Below the pieces are notes generated by a model. The model worked only from the letters and a program-made list of their open reading frames with translations. It was not told where the DNA came from and did not search any database. From a virus (taxonomy: Duplodnaviria; Caudoviricetes): a stretch of 24,687 nucleotides of DNA. Of the stretch, positions 24,058 through 24,687 are shown piece after piece (the stretch's first letter is position 1; every line of letters starts with the position of its first letter). Where the stretch lies: the IMG/VR virus record IMGVR_UViG_3300032301_000037, positions 1 to 24,687 of that record. One strand, given 5' to 3'. The translations under genes were made by a program, and so were the position numbers.

Positions 24058-24447
24058 ATGAAAATAAAATTATCACCACGGCAGATTGGTGCGGTTGGTG
24101 TTTCAAGGGTTGTGAGTTCGCTTTTGCGGTGTGGCTACAATGTGCTTGCTCCGCTGGAAGATTTTTCTGGTTACGATCTGGTGGCTGAGAAGGGCGGAAA
24201 ATTCCACCGCATCCAAGTCAAGGCGGCACAGAACGTCGAGCCTGGGAGGAGTAGGTATAGGTTCACAACATCCTGCGGATCTGGTTACAATGCACCAAAG
24301 AAAGTGATTACTAAAGTAGATTATGTGGCTTGTTGGGGGATGCACGACGACCTTTTCTGGCTGTTGCCAATTGCACGCTGTAAGAGCGTCACAACTTTGC
24401 TTTGTCCATCGACAGGTCAGAGTTGGCGTGTATTTCAGAACCTATGA
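24058..24447 (+). CDS. PD-(D/E)XK endonuclease-like protein (group I intron-associated/I-Ssp6803I-type); start ATG 24058
   Basis: G..G...V...L.R.GYNV..P.EDFSGYDLVAE..GKFHRIQVK, plus VDYVA and FWLLP. Confidence 0.8.
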   Translation: MKIKLSPRQIGAVGVSRVVSSLLRCGYNVLAPLEDFSGYDLVAEKGGKFHRIQVKAAQNVEPGRSRYRFTTSCGSGYNAPKKVITKVDYVACWGMHDDLFWLLPIARCKSVTTLLCPSTGQSWRVFQNL

Positions 24448-24623
24448 CCGAGAAGGAGGCGTGGGCAAAGTTTGAGGATGGGCTGAAAGATGCGCAATCT
24501 TTCGATGAAGCCGTGGCCTGGGTCAAGAAGAACAAGAAGATCGTCGAAAAACTCACCATGATATCAATGATTAGACGATTTAATGAGGATATTAGCAAAG
24601 CTAATAGAACTTGGCGGAACTAA
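24444..24623 (+). CDS. Small hypothetical helical protein (59 aa; start ATG 24444)
   Basis: ATGA overlap with the nuclease stop. Charged amphipathic helices (MTEKEAWAKFEDGLK...). Confidence 0.65.
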   Translation: MTEKEAWAKFEDGLKDAQSFDEAVAWVKKNKKIVEKLTMISMIRRFNEDISKANRTWRN

Positions 24624-24687
24624 AATAGATTAAAATATATCTCGACACCATCATGGGTTGACAGCTAAACCCGATGAATGGGCAAAA

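Larger units (their letters stand above)
1..24687 (+). mobile_element. Tailed phage (Caudoviricetes, podovirus-like) genome segment: packaging, head, tail, ejection and lysis modules
   Basis: Contiguous co-oriented terminase-portal-scaffold-capsid-adaptor-nozzle-ejection gene order. No host housekeeping genes, tape measure or sheath. Free phage and prophage cannot be distinguished here. Confidence 0.97.

Noticed and set aside
24020-24687. Group I intron or tRNA around the endonuclease gene
   Set aside because: The flanks are occupied by a 38-nt divergent spacer and a coupled ORF, leaving no room for an intron core. No interrupted gene or cloverleaf was seen.

Overview
The whole window is the late (morphogenesis) region of a tailed dsDNA phage with podovirus-type gene order, almost all on the + strand and tightly coupled. 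The order is: terminase large subunit (5'-truncated), a holin/spanin-like trio, portal, an inserted FkbM methyltransferase, a small head-assembly protein, scaffold, N4-gp56-type major capsid, several small beta-rich virion proteins, and a second membrane/lipoprotein cassette. These are followed by a Thr-rich fibre plus Gly-rich adhesin plus putative chaperone, head-tail adaptor, tail nozzle, a GNAT-like protein, four putative internal/ejection proteins, a GH108 peptidoglycan hydrolase, an antisense secreted repeat protein with its own leaderless promoter, and a PD-(D/E)XK nuclease-like gene. No tape measure, sheath, integrase, tRNA, rRNA or CRISPR array was seen. The lipoproteins and spanin-like genes suggest a diderm (Gram-negative) host. 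Two small ORFs missing from the supplied track were found (780-950, 8634-8753). The most interesting leads are a CFI-box-like 'CWVAREVYG' C-terminal domain on an ejection protein, the antisense secreted repeat protein facing the lysin (candidate superinfection-exclusion or lysin-immunity pair), hidden paralogy between two ejection genes, two separate lysis-like membrane cassettes, and a possible two-start lysin. All family calls come from motif recognition and synteny by eye, not database searches.
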